Shown piece by piece: positions 49,901-58,421 of a DNA stretch of 64,000 nt. The notes under the pieces are model-generated. The model saw only the letters and a program-made list of their open reading frames with translations, had not been told where the DNA came from and made no database searches. Position 1 is the first letter of the stretch, and every line of letters starts with the position of its first letter. The stretch is from assembly GCA_025457665.1 (NCBI GenBank), contig JALOTY010000005.1, positions 4,316-68,315 of the forward strand, written 5' to 3'. Made by a program: the position numbers and the translations under genes. The DNA is from Akkermansiaceae bacterium. GTDB lineage: Bacteria > Verrucomicrobiota > Verrucomicrobiia > Verrucomicrobiales > Akkermansiaceae.

Positions 49901-49981
49901 ACAATCCCCTCCCTCATCCCCCATGGCAAAGATCGGGGCACCACATTTCAGGCAAGGGGAACTGGGGGGCGGTGCATCCAT
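46946..49981 (-). CDS. Hanks-type Ser/Thr protein kinase with TM segment and C-terminal WD40 repeats
   Basis: CLKC...CPAC N-terminus, GSGASGVVY, ALKM, HRDLKPANIL, DFG, GTPAYMAPE; WD40 units (HSGPVTAVAFHPD, GHEDKIHAL...DHTVRLW, GHQATLTDLAFS...DKTLRLW). Confidence 0.93.
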   Translation of the reverse strand: MDAPPPSSPCLKCGAPIFAMGDEGGDCPACLLSLSLDPHLPEQAGFARPGVVGGYLLDEVIGSGASGVVYRARRAGNGPALALKMLASGPWSGPEDLRRFRFEMESCAGLDHPNLVRILEVGEEAGVPFYVMDLAAGTLADELSKFSGKEQVRDAVCLLVKVARAVQHAHDRGVLHRDLKPANILLRDDGEPQVADFGAGRALNAASGLTMTGAAVGTPAYMAPEQAAGLALTTAADQYGLGAILYHLLTAHPPFAGVGAMDVLRQVMTAEILDPSLRAPWLDKDLAMIVLKSLRREPGRRYSSVGEFADDLDRWLEGRAVVARPMPPLERLARWARRHPLGAGVAITATGSFVVLAAVYVAGAEALKMERDRALHHEKEARAAAMEAARVRDESRLNAYAADLYVGFQALAEGHLGKAREMLAKQVPASGENGGDLRGFEWRVLEERCKGQDVKVWREHSGPVTAVAFHPDSPLLASGGRDGRIVVREWPEGRETLRLPREDAPRDFAEIPFLAGVAARSEELSKLMVAGKSNFDDLRMRSRPSRLGEIHSLAWSADGRWLASGGTGSFVRIWTYPEGDLLAVIPDLMVTNLAFSRDSGTLAVFAHSHEDPHRFDLRIYDTHRFSRLHVISDLRAAQAFFPGSDLVATSPHDGRSVEIRGMKTGKVLRSWSSGGVLRQMSFGGNGDRLYGSLESGFEVLCWELEEGRPTGYVSLRAEEIDRISGLARSSGLAWTGAGQSITWQKDSRKPGQAIQLLGHEDKIHALVSDPSGAWMASGGNDHTVRLWRTEERDEDLQEDVGFPEAPTLPAEAEGKIIAMAPEGYWIGDGKRNGLLMFHPLDPSKPPMAAARPPEKYFKLAVARDGNLVMLAWPRFARILRPGAREWGASFQLTSGTTGPVVFSPDSRFIASGGDDNRITIRETATEREVAVLRGHQATLTDLAFSHDGRTLASSSADKTLRLWHVPTWRQLGTLYSGEILGNLEFSKGDRALRGRRDDGRHLVFRAVGKKS

Positions 49982-50008
49982 CGGTTCGGGATCATCGATT
50001 GACAGTAT

Positions 50009-50794
50009 TCACCCTCCTCTCAAGGCCGCGATCAGATGCCTGAGTTCGTCCTCCACCTCTTCCATGGTCCCGACCGTTCTCGCCACTTCCGCACGCAGCA
50101 ATTCCCCGAACCTCTGCCGCAGCTTGTAAACGGCCGACTTCACCGCCGCTTCGGAAATCCCCAGCATCGCAGCGGTTTCGGCATAACTCCGCGGATGGCC
50201 ATCGTCTGTTAGATAAACCTTCAGACGCCGATATCGATCTCCCTGTCCCACCGCCTCATGTTCCCTGCGGATGCGCTCGCGGACCCGGGCAAGCAGCGTC
50301 ATGGCCCATTGGCGGTCGTACGCCTGTTCGGGATCATCCCCGGATCGCGGCTCACAGGCATCCCTCACCCCCGGCGGCAAACCATCCAGATCCACAAACA
50401 CCAGCCCGCCACCGCGCTTCTGCGCCTTGCTTTTTTTCCACTCGTTGATCAGGAAATGATTCACTGCACCTAACAGGAAGGCACGGAACCGACCCTTGTC
50501 GGGATTCGCCCCTCCGAGCGAGGCTCCCTGAAGCATTCTCGCGAAGAATTCCTGGGTCAGGTCCATGGATTCCTCATGCCCGTGACCCTTGCCCCGCAAA
50601 TGGGCATACACCGGCGGCCAATAAGCGCGGCACAAGTGCTCCAGCGCCTCGCAGGGTCGCTCCCCGCTGCCATGAACCGCAGCCAACACCATGCTCCACT
50701 GCGTGGGCTCGAAACCACCACGCTCCGCCTGCCCGAGAGGCGGCAAGCCGGGCAATTCATCTTCGGGCGTTCGGGGCTGCAAAGGCTGGCTCAT
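50009..50794 (-). CDS. ECF-type RNA polymerase sigma factor, kinase-associated
   Basis: Likely start MSQPLQP at 50794; FEPTQWSMV, LCRAYWPPVY, DLTQEFF, GRFRAFL, QKRGGG, SYAETAAMLGISEAAVKSAVYKLR; immediately upstream of the kinase. Confidence 0.88.
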   Translation of the reverse strand: MSQPLQPRTPEDELPGLPPLGQAERGGFEPTQWSMVLAAVHGSGERPCEALEHLCRAYWPPVYAHLRGKGHGHEESMDLTQEFFARMLQGASLGGANPDKGRFRAFLLGAVNHFLINEWKKSKAQKRGGGLVFVDLDGLPPGVRDACEPRSGDDPEQAYDRQWAMTLLARVRERIRREHEAVGQGDRYRRLKVYLTDDGHPRSYAETAAMLGISEAAVKSAVYKLRQRFGELLRAEVARTVGTMEEVEDELRHLIAALRGG

Positions 50795-50908
50795 GGGTCC
50801 TTGCCAATCTGGGATCACCCGACTTAGGCACGACCGCCCCCTCAGGATCAAGCCCGCAAAGCTCCATCACCCCATCGCGACAAAACCGTTCCTCAACGGG
50901 TGATTGCC

Positions 50909-52648
50909 ATGACCCGCAAAAATCGACAAGCTGCCCGGGTGATAGGGATCGATCTCGGAACCACCAACAGCCTCGTCTCGCATTTCCAGGCAGGAGTGCC
51001 CCACATCCTTGCCAACGAACTTGGTGAGGAACTGACACCCTCGGTCGTGGCCGTGGCTGCGGATGGCCAGGTGCTTGTGGGACGCGCCGCACGGGACCGA
51101 CTGATCACCGAGCCCGGCTCCGGTTGCGCATTCTTCAAACGCGATATGGGCACATCCGCCCGTTACCATTTCGGCGGGCGGGAATGGAGCCCGGTGACCT
51201 GCTCGGCCGCCATCCTCGCGGAAATGAAACGCATCGCCTCACTCCGCTTGGGGACCGATGTCACCCAAGCCGTCATCACCGTCCCCGCCTATTTCCACGA
51301 CGCCCAACGCCAGGCCACCGTCGAGGCCGCGAAAATCGCCGGACTCAAGGTCGAACGCATCATCAATGAACCCACAGCCGCCGCCCTCGCCCACGGCTAT
51401 CGCAACCCTGATCAAGAAACCCGCCTGCTGGTCTTCGACATCGGTGGCGGGACCTTCGATGTCACGCTGCTTGAGATTTTCGATGGCGTCGTCGAGGTGA
51501 AATCGACCGCAGGCGAAAGCCGGCTCGGTGGCGAAGATTACACCGATGCCCTTTGCCAGTGGCTGGAATCGAAACACGACTGGAAACCGGATCCGCGCCA
51601 GCAGGGCCTGTGGAGACAACGAGTCGAGACCGCCAAGCGCCTCCTTGCTTCGCGTGAGTCGGTCGAAATCGATATCGACGGCAGCACGGTGGCTCTCCAG
51701 CGCACCGATTTCGCCGATGCCACCGCCGCCATCACCGCCCGCCTCCGCCCGGTGATCACCCGCTGCCTGCGGGATGCCGGCATCAGCGCCAGCGATCTGG
51801 ATGATGTCCTTCTCGTCGGCGGTGCCAGCCGCATGCCAGTGATCCGCGACTTCATCATCGAAAACCTCAGCCGACTCTCTAGCAGCAAGGTGGATCCCGA
51901 TCGCGTCGTCGCGCTGGGAGCCGCGATTCAGGCCGGTCTCTGCGCCTCGGATGATGCCGTGAGTGATCTGGTGCTTACCGACGTCTGTCCGCACACCCTC
52001 GGTGTGGAAATGGCGAAGCCGGGTGTCGATGGTCGCCCCATCCCCGGATTCTTTGCTCCCATCATCGACCGCAATACCACGGTTCCCACCAGTCGCAGTC
52101 GCCTTTTCCATACCATGCACCCCGACCAGAACATCATCGAGGTGCAGGTCTTTCAGGGTGAGGCGCGCCTGACTCGGGACAATCAGGCCATCGGCCAGAT
52201 CACCGTGCACGGCGTCCGCCAACAGCCCGGCCAGCAGCGCCCTGGCGAAGTCGAAATCCGTTTCTCCTATGACATGAATGGCATTCTCGAGGTGGAAGTC
52301 ACCGTCCTCTCCAGCGGCAGGAAAAAAACCCTGGTCATCGAGCAAAGGCCCGGATGCCTGAGCCAGGCGGAGATCGATGAAGCCGTGCTCCGCCTCCAGC
52401 CTCTCAAGTTCCACCCCCGCGACCTCCTTCCCAACCGCGCCCGACTCGAACGTGCCGCCCGTGTTTACCTCGAACTCGTCGGTCCGGCCCGGGAGCATCT
52501 GAATGCGGTCACCGATGCCTTCGAATCCGCGCTCGAATCCCAGGACGCGCTTCTCATCAAGCAAAGTGCCGCGGTGCTCGACACTTTCCTCCGGCCCTTC
52601 TTCGAACACGAAAGAGAAGCAGATCCCATCCGCCACGAGGAGCCCTGA
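50909..52648 (+). CDS. hscC: Hsp70-family chaperone, HscC-like
   Basis: IGIDLGTTNS, TPSVV, ITVPAYF, INEPTAAA, DIGGGTFDV, LGGEDY, VGGASRMP, IIDRNTTVPTS; about 580 aa with a short C-terminus; J-domain gene downstream. Confidence 0.8.
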   Translation: MTRKNRQAARVIGIDLGTTNSLVSHFQAGVPHILANELGEELTPSVVAVAADGQVLVGRAARDRLITEPGSGCAFFKRDMGTSARYHFGGREWSPVTCSAAILAEMKRIASLRLGTDVTQAVITVPAYFHDAQRQATVEAAKIAGLKVERIINEPTAAALAHGYRNPDQETRLLVFDIGGGTFDVTLLEIFDGVVEVKSTAGESRLGGEDYTDALCQWLESKHDWKPDPRQQGLWRQRVETAKRLLASRESVEIDIDGSTVALQRTDFADATAAITARLRPVITRCLRDAGISASDLDDVLLVGGASRMPVIRDFIIENLSRLSSSKVDPDRVVALGAAIQAGLCASDDAVSDLVLTDVCPHTLGVEMAKPGVDGRPIPGFFAPIIDRNTTVPTSRSRLFHTMHPDQNIIEVQVFQGEARLTRDNQAIGQITVHGVRQQPGQQRPGEVEIRFSYDMNGILEVEVTVLSSGRKKTLVIEQRPGCLSQAEIDEAVLRLQPLKFHPRDLLPNRARLERAARVYLELVGPAREHLNAVTDAFESALESQDALLIKQSAAVLDTFLRPFFEHEREADPIRHEEP

Positions 52649-52662
52649 AACCCGCCAATACC

Positions 52663-54048
52663 ATGCCTTGGGAAACTCTCAATCTCGATCCCGCCACCGC
52701 CACCGTGCGGGATGTCAAGAAAGCCTACGCCACCCGTCTCAAGACCTGTCGTCCCGATCAGGATCCGGAATCCTTCCGCAAGCTCCACGAGGCCTACACG
52801 CTGGCTCTTCACGAAATCGAAACCCGCGGCAAGGATCCCAGCCCGCCCGAACTGCCCATCCCTGAGACTCCGGCGCCCACCGCCGAGCCGCAGGAACCTG
52901 CGGTGCTTTCCCCGATTTCCGGGAGCCTTGACCGTCTTGCCACCGCTCTGGAATTAGGGGCTGGTGACATCGCCACCCTGCTCCGCGAGGCAGAGGCGGA
53001 AGTCCGCAAACATCCTGCCGAAATCCTCACCTGGGGCGAGCGGATCTTCGATCTCATCCAACGCCATCCCGATCACCCCGACCTTCGCCTCAAGCCCGAA
53101 GCCATCCTCTTCGAACTCGAGCACCAGGGCCTCGCGGCCACACTGGCCATCATCGGGCGGGCCGACCTTCAGGGCAATCAAAAGACTCTCGGCAGTCTAA
53201 GCAAGCTGCTGTTAGAAAACTCCCTCCGCATCGGCAATCCCGCCGGTGGCCTCGCGGCCGCCCGTCTCGCCTGTGCGGTGGCCTTTTGGTGCCCGAACGA
53301 GGTCTCCGACCTCAGTGACTTCGCCTACTCGACGCTGGCACGCGGAGAAAGGGATCATCACATGGCCATGATCGATCAGCATGGAGGCATGCGTCAGTTT
53401 CTTCGTTCCGCGCCCGATTCGCTGCTCTCCTTCCTCCGGCAGCGTCTGCTTCAGCCTGGCGATGGGAGCGAGTGGTACACTCCGGAAGGCACCACAGCCC
53501 TCGTATGGCTGGGCCGCATCCGCCGTCGCGCTCCGGACCTGTACGATACCTTTGCGCAGCTCCTGCCTCCGGAACTCGCCACGGAACATCCTCCGGTTCG
53601 CCCACTCAACGAACTCGAGCCCCCGGCCCATTCCACCTCCACTTCCGGCGGGGGGAACGAGGACCCGCCATTGCGCTGGCAGCCGAAACAATCGAAACAA
53701 GGCACAACCCGCAAAGGCGGTCCCCAGGATCCGTTTGAGGCCAGTTTCGATGACCCCGGCTCCCCCCCTCAACCTGCGAAGAAATCCCCGGCTCCACCTC
53801 CATCCCCCGCCCGGCCCGCAAGCAAACCCAGCCCCAAGGAAGTTCCCGCCAGCGCTCCACGCAGCGGCGGTCATGGCGATTGGCTCAATGATGAAATTCA
53901 GCCCCAAGGTCGCAAATCGAAATCGGTTTCCCAAAGCGACACCGCGCATCCCCCACGCAGCAGCCCGGTCAAAGCCATCATCTTCGGCATTTTCTTCGCC
54001 CTCTTCGTCATCCGCATCCTGTGGGCGCTGCTCCGCGAGATTCTCTAA
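52663..54048 (+). CDS. J-domain protein (DjlB/DjlC-like) with C-terminal membrane anchor
   Basis: PWETLNL...DVKKAYATRLKTCRPDQDPESFRKLHEAY; Pro-rich linker; C-terminal TM AIIFGIFFALFVIRILW. Confidence 0.8.
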   Translation: MPWETLNLDPATATVRDVKKAYATRLKTCRPDQDPESFRKLHEAYTLALHEIETRGKDPSPPELPIPETPAPTAEPQEPAVLSPISGSLDRLATALELGAGDIATLLREAEAEVRKHPAEILTWGERIFDLIQRHPDHPDLRLKPEAILFELEHQGLAATLAIIGRADLQGNQKTLGSLSKLLLENSLRIGNPAGGLAAARLACAVAFWCPNEVSDLSDFAYSTLARGERDHHMAMIDQHGGMRQFLRSAPDSLLSFLRQRLLQPGDGSEWYTPEGTTALVWLGRIRRRAPDLYDTFAQLLPPELATEHPPVRPLNELEPPAHSTSTSGGGNEDPPLRWQPKQSKQGTTRKGGPQDPFEASFDDPGSPPQPAKKSPAPPPSPARPASKPSPKEVPASAPRSGGHGDWLNDEIQPQGRKSKSVSQSDTAHPPRSSPVKAIIFGIFFALFVIRILWALLREIL

Positions 54049-54069
54049 CAAATCACACCTTGCACGGAC

Positions 54070-55746
54070 TCACCCCGACCATTCCTGTTCGATGGTCTTC
54101 AGCTCCAGGTAGAGCGTGTTCCACTTTTCGGCCAAGGGGCCGAGCTCTGCCTGACGATCGGCGAGACGGCGGCGGACGGAGATCAGGCCCTGGCCGTAGC
54201 CTTCGAAAACCTCGCGGATGGCCTCGGTGTGAAATTTCCTGAGAGCCTCGCCAAAGCGGCCGGAGGCATGGATCAGCCGGTCCTTGAATCCACGGATCGC
54301 GGTGCGACGGGTCAGCCAGCCGAGAAAACCTAACAGAAGCGCCCCGGCCACCACCGCCCAGACCAGCCAGCCCGTCCATGGCTCCAGGCCGAAGCTGCCG
54401 CAAATCCCCATCAGGGTGACCAGCACCAGCCAAAACCCGAACCAGCCACGGAGTCGACGCGACCGCTGCCGCATCAGGCCATCGATCAACACCCGCAGGC
54501 GCAGGCCACCGAGGTATTCCGGCACGGCACGGCCGACGCGATCATCGAAACCAGCGGCCACTTGTTCGCGATGGCTGGCCAGCATGGGAGGCATTTCTCC
54601 GGGGTCGAAACCCATGCGCTCGATGACCCGCGGCCGCACTGCGCCCCAGTGACCGGAGCATTCGGCGAAAATCCGTTCGAGATCCCGCGCTGCGAAGGCG
54701 GAAACCAGGGCTTTGAGCCGGACGTCGCAGGCCACTTCCGCTTCACCGCCGGCGGCATCGCCCAACAACAGGCCCTTGAAAGTTCCCCAAAGGCCCATTT
54801 TCCGCCGAAGCTCCCGAGCGAAGCCTTCCACGGCCATGCCATAAACATGGAGTTGCTTGTCCAGCTCATCCGCGGAGGATTCGACCAGCAGATCGCGCAA
54901 TTGTTCGCCTTCGCGCTCCAGTCCACCGAGGAACCAGCCATCATCGGCCATGCCGCGCTTCTGGCGGTCCAGCCCGTCCTCGATTTCCCGCATGCGGCGG
55001 TAGGATTCGTGAAATGCACGGTCGAGCAAATGGCGCCGACCCGGCTCAAGGCACATCCGGTCCTCAAGAAACTCCTCCAAGCCCCGCAGCTCAGGCGCGC
55101 CGCCGGGAGGCAGGGCGGAAAGAATCAGGATGGGCAATTTCCGACCGATCTTTTTCAAGGTCAGATCGGTCATGTGTCCCCGGATGACACGCAGGTCCTC
55201 CGGGCCTTTTTTGTCGGCCATCTGAACCACCAGGGCCGTGCGTTCGAGGGTCTCGTCACCCAGCATGCTCAGCCATTCCCAGGTGGCCGCGGTCCAGGTG
55301 TTGTCCGCCGGGAAAACCACCAACAGGACGTCGAGCCGCTCGAAATCGGCGAGCGCGGCAAACATTTCCTCGCGCTGCGGGCCGTTGAGGCCGGGGGTAT
55401 CGATCCACCCGATGCGGTCCAAGCCCGGAGCCTGATGCACTTCCACCAGGCAACCCGGGGGAAGGGCGGAACTTTCAGTGAAACCCGGGCCGACGTGAGC
55501 CGTCATCCCGCGGGTGGTGGGCACCGGGGCCACCTCGGCGAGCTTCGCTCCGGCCAGGGCATTGAGGAGGGCGGACTTGCCGGCATTGACCTCTCCCACG
55601 ATGCCCCCCAACCAGCGACGGCCAAGTTCGGCAGCCGCTTCTTCCGACTCGCGCGGACTCAGGCCGCTTTCTCCGGCGAGGGATTCGATCCGGGCACGGC
55701 AGGCCGCCAAGCGATCGCGGGTGTGGAAGAAACGCTCACCCCACAT
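54070..55746 (-). CDS. Dynamin-like/Era-like GTPase with a C-terminal TM hairpin
   Basis: GEVNAGKSALLN (G1), PTT (G2), DTPG (G3), long helical stalk and two hydrophobic helices near the C-terminus. Confidence 0.7.
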   Translation of the reverse strand: MWGERFFHTRDRLAACRARIESLAGESGLSPRESEEAAAELGRRWLGGIVGEVNAGKSALLNALAGAKLAEVAPVPTTRGMTAHVGPGFTESSALPPGCLVEVHQAPGLDRIGWIDTPGLNGPQREEMFAALADFERLDVLLVVFPADNTWTAATWEWLSMLGDETLERTALVVQMADKKGPEDLRVIRGHMTDLTLKKIGRKLPILILSALPPGGAPELRGLEEFLEDRMCLEPGRRHLLDRAFHESYRRMREIEDGLDRQKRGMADDGWFLGGLEREGEQLRDLLVESSADELDKQLHVYGMAVEGFARELRRKMGLWGTFKGLLLGDAAGGEAEVACDVRLKALVSAFAARDLERIFAECSGHWGAVRPRVIERMGFDPGEMPPMLASHREQVAAGFDDRVGRAVPEYLGGLRLRVLIDGLMRQRSRRLRGWFGFWLVLVTLMGICGSFGLEPWTGWLVWAVVAGALLLGFLGWLTRRTAIRGFKDRLIHASGRFGEALRKFHTEAIREVFEGYGQGLISVRRRLADRQAELGPLAEKWNTLYLELKTIEQEWSG

Positions 55747-55775
55747 GGCGGCAAAAGGGGATCAGGCCGGATTTC

Positions 55776-56642
55776 TCACTCGCCGCTGGTGGATGCCTGA
55801 GCGGGCGATTCCGAGGGCTTCATGGCCAGCAGTTGGGAAACGGTGACGAACTTGTAGCCCTTGCGCAGCAGGCCATCCACGGTGCCGGGCATGGCATCGA
55901 CGGTGGGCGCGTGCAGGTCGTGAGCGAGAATGATGGCACCGGGAGTGGTGGAAGCGAGGATGCGGGAGGTCACCACGGAAGGTCCGGGGCGCTGCCAGTC
56001 GCGCGGGTCCACGGCCCACATGATCGTGGGGTAGCCAAATTCGGAGTGGATCCATTCCCGCTGGCGCTGGAGCAGGGCACCGTACGGCGGGCGCATGGTG
56101 CGGGGTTGCACGCCGGTGGCGCGGGCGATCGCATCGCGGGTCTTGGTCATTTCCTCGCGCACCGCATCATCGCTGAGCTTGGTCATGTTGCGGTGAGTGT
56201 AGGTGTGATTGCCGATTTCGTGACCTTCCGCCACGATGCGACGGGTGATGGCGGGATAGAGATCCACGTTCCGGCCGATCACGTAGAAGGTCGCTTTCAC
56301 ATTCCGCTCGCGCAGCAGGTCCAGCAGGCGGGGAGTGTTCTGGGGGTGCGGGCCATCATCAAAAGTCAGCGCCACATAGGGCTGACTGATCGGCACGCGG
56401 GAAAAGGTCACCCCGGAAGAACGGGAAAAGTTTGCCGAGAGGTTCATGTCCGGATTCCGCGGGGCCGGGCCACGGGTCGTGGGGGTCTGGTATCCCCGAT
56501 TCTGCGGGCTCTTCACCGGAGCCACCGTTTCCGTCTCCGCACCGGGAGTGGGAGCGGCGGCTTCCTGTTTGTCGGCGTTCGAACAGCTGCCAAGTCCCAT
56601 TCCGAGGACGGTGCAGGCGAGGAGGGCGATCGTGGACTTCAT
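55776..56642 (-). CDS. Polysaccharide deacetylase (CE4/NodB), lipoprotein
   Basis: Start MKSTIALLAC at 56642, lipobox LGSC; ALTFDDGP, HEIGNHTYTH, RPPYG, DPRDW, GAIILAHD. Confidence 0.92.
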   Translation of the reverse strand: MKSTIALLACTVLGMGLGSCSNADKQEAAAPTPGAETETVAPVKSPQNRGYQTPTTRGPAPRNPDMNLSANFSRSSGVTFSRVPISQPYVALTFDDGPHPQNTPRLLDLLRERNVKATFYVIGRNVDLYPAITRRIVAEGHEIGNHTYTHRNMTKLSDDAVREEMTKTRDAIARATGVQPRTMRPPYGALLQRQREWIHSEFGYPTIMWAVDPRDWQRPGPSVVTSRILASTTPGAIILAHDLHAPTVDAMPGTVDGLLRKGYKFVTVSQLLAMKPSESPAQASTSGE

Positions 56643-56857
56643 CAGAATGGCGGGAAGGTTGCTCGGCATGAGATGGGGGGATGATGCGCATCACTTTGCA
56701 AATGTCACGCCCACATTTGCGCCCATTTTGCGCGGCCGGAGCCCGGTCATGGCCCGGGGGAAATTTCCAACAAGTCAAAAAACGCAACATCCCCGCCAGC
56801 CCATGCGGAGCCATGATTATTCCGCGCCAGGCATATTCCCCCCAGTCCTTCACGCCC

Positions 56858-58264
56858 ATGGCCAGCACCCCTCCCAAGAAACCGAATCTGGATTCGGTCA
56901 CCACCATCAATACCGATGGCTCCCGCTATTTCCTCCACCCGGCCGATGTCCACGGGAAATGGACCCTCGCCCGCCGGATCTTCGGGCTTCTCCTCATCGC
57001 GATCTACGTCCTTCTCCCCTGGATCCCCATCAATGGCGCACCTGCGGTGTTCTTCGATGTCGAGCACCGCCAGTTCTATTTCTTCGGCCTCAACTTCCGC
57101 CCGCAGGACCTGTGGATGATGTTCTTCGGCATCACCGGCCTCGGCTTCAGCCTCTTTTTCATCACCTCCCTGCTCGGCCGTCTCTGGTGCGGCTGGGCCT
57201 GTCCCTACACGGTGTTTCTCGATCACATCTACCGCCGGATCGAAAGGATGATCGAGGGCGATGCCCAAGCCCGTCGCAAACTCGCCGCCGCCCCCTGGAC
57301 CGCAGGAAAAATTTCCAAGCGCGTCCTCAAACACGGCCTCTATGCCCTCTGCGCCACGATCATAGCCCACGTCTTCCTCTCCTACTTCGTCTCCATGGAG
57401 CGGCTCTACGGATTCATGAATGAAGGCCCGCTGGCCCACGCCACCGCCTTCGGCATCGTCGCCTTCCTCACCTGCGTGCTGTGGTTCTGCTTCGGCTATT
57501 TCCGCGAGCAGTTCTGCGTGATCATGTGCCCCTATGGCCGCCTGCAAAGCGCGCTGACCGATGATGACACCGTGATCATCGGCTACGATGAAGGCCGCGG
57601 CGAACCCCGCGGAGCCAAGGACAAGACCACGGGCGATTGCATCGACTGCCGGCGCTGCGTGAACGTCTGCCCCACCGGCATCGATATCCGCAATGGCCTG
57701 CAGCTCGAATGCATCGGCTGCGCGGCCTGCATCGACGCCTGCGATGACATCATGCGCAAGATCCAGAAACCCACCGGCCTGGTGCGATACGACTCGCTCA
57801 ATGGTTTGAGCAAAAAGAAACGCCGCTTCATCCGCCCGCGCATCATCGCTTATACCATCCTCGGTTTGTTAGGGATGGGAGCCTTCCTCTTCACCGCCAC
57901 TCGCAAGGCGGGACCCTACACCGCGCGTTTCTCGAAAATGGCCATGGCCGGCCAGCCTTACCTTGCCGACCAGGAGACAGTGAAGAATTTCTATCAGCTC
58001 CGTTTCCTCAACAAGCGTAACGAAACCGTCACCTTCCGTGTCACCGCCGTGGATCCCCCTCCCGGTCTCATTCTGAGCGGTGGCGACCAGGACATTCCGG
58101 TCAGTCCACGGGGTGAGGTCGCGCGGCAGTTCGTCGCCATCCTGCCCTTGAAAGGCATCGAAGGCCGGACCTCCCTCACCTTCCGCATCACCAGCGAACC
58201 CGGAGGCCATCAAACGGAGCAGACCCTCAATTTCCTCGGTCCGAACGCCCACCAAAATCCCTGA
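56858..58264 (+). CDS. ccoG: Cytochrome c oxidase accessory ferredoxin-like protein CcoG (FixG/RdxA)
   Basis: Start MASTPPKK at 56858; WCGWACP, CVIMCPYGRLQ, CIDCRRCVNVCPTGIDIRNGLQLECIGCAACIDAC. Confidence 0.93.
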   Translation: MASTPPKKPNLDSVTTINTDGSRYFLHPADVHGKWTLARRIFGLLLIAIYVLLPWIPINGAPAVFFDVEHRQFYFFGLNFRPQDLWMMFFGITGLGFSLFFITSLLGRLWCGWACPYTVFLDHIYRRIERMIEGDAQARRKLAAAPWTAGKISKRVLKHGLYALCATIIAHVFLSYFVSMERLYGFMNEGPLAHATAFGIVAFLTCVLWFCFGYFREQFCVIMCPYGRLQSALTDDDTVIIGYDEGRGEPRGAKDKTTGDCIDCRRCVNVCPTGIDIRNGLQLECIGCAACIDACDDIMRKIQKPTGLVRYDSLNGLSKKKRRFIRPRIIAYTILGLLGMGAFLFTATRKAGPYTARFSKMAMAGQPYLADQETVKNFYQLRFLNKRNETVTFRVTAVDPPPGLILSGGDQDIPVSPRGEVARQFVAILPLKGIEGRTSLTFRITSEPGGHQTEQTLNFLGPNAHQNP

Positions 58265-58274
58265 AACTCACGCC

Positions 58275-58409
58275 ATGACCCGCAAATCCCCATGGATCTT
58301 CGTCGTCCTCGCCTTCCTGCTCCTCATCGGTGCCTGGGCGGCGCTCATCACTCTCGCCAAGCGCCACGCGCCGCAGCAGATCGATCCCACCCCCTATCTC
58401 CAGAAATAA
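58275..58409 (+). CDS. Small single-pass membrane protein (44 aa), FixH/CcoH-position gene
   Basis: Below the track size cutoff: MTRKSPWIFVVLAFLLLIGAWAALITLAKRHAPQQIDPTPYLQK; fills the gap between ccoG and the next gene with 10- and 12-bp spacers. Confidence 0.7.
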   Translation: MTRKSPWIFVVLAFLLLIGAWAALITLAKRHAPQQIDPTPYLQK

Positions 58410-58421
58410 CCCCACACGCTC

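Noticed and set aside
56765-56778. FNR-like box upstream of ccoG (TTCCA-ACAA-GTCAA)
   Set aside because: Only 6 of 10 consensus positions match.
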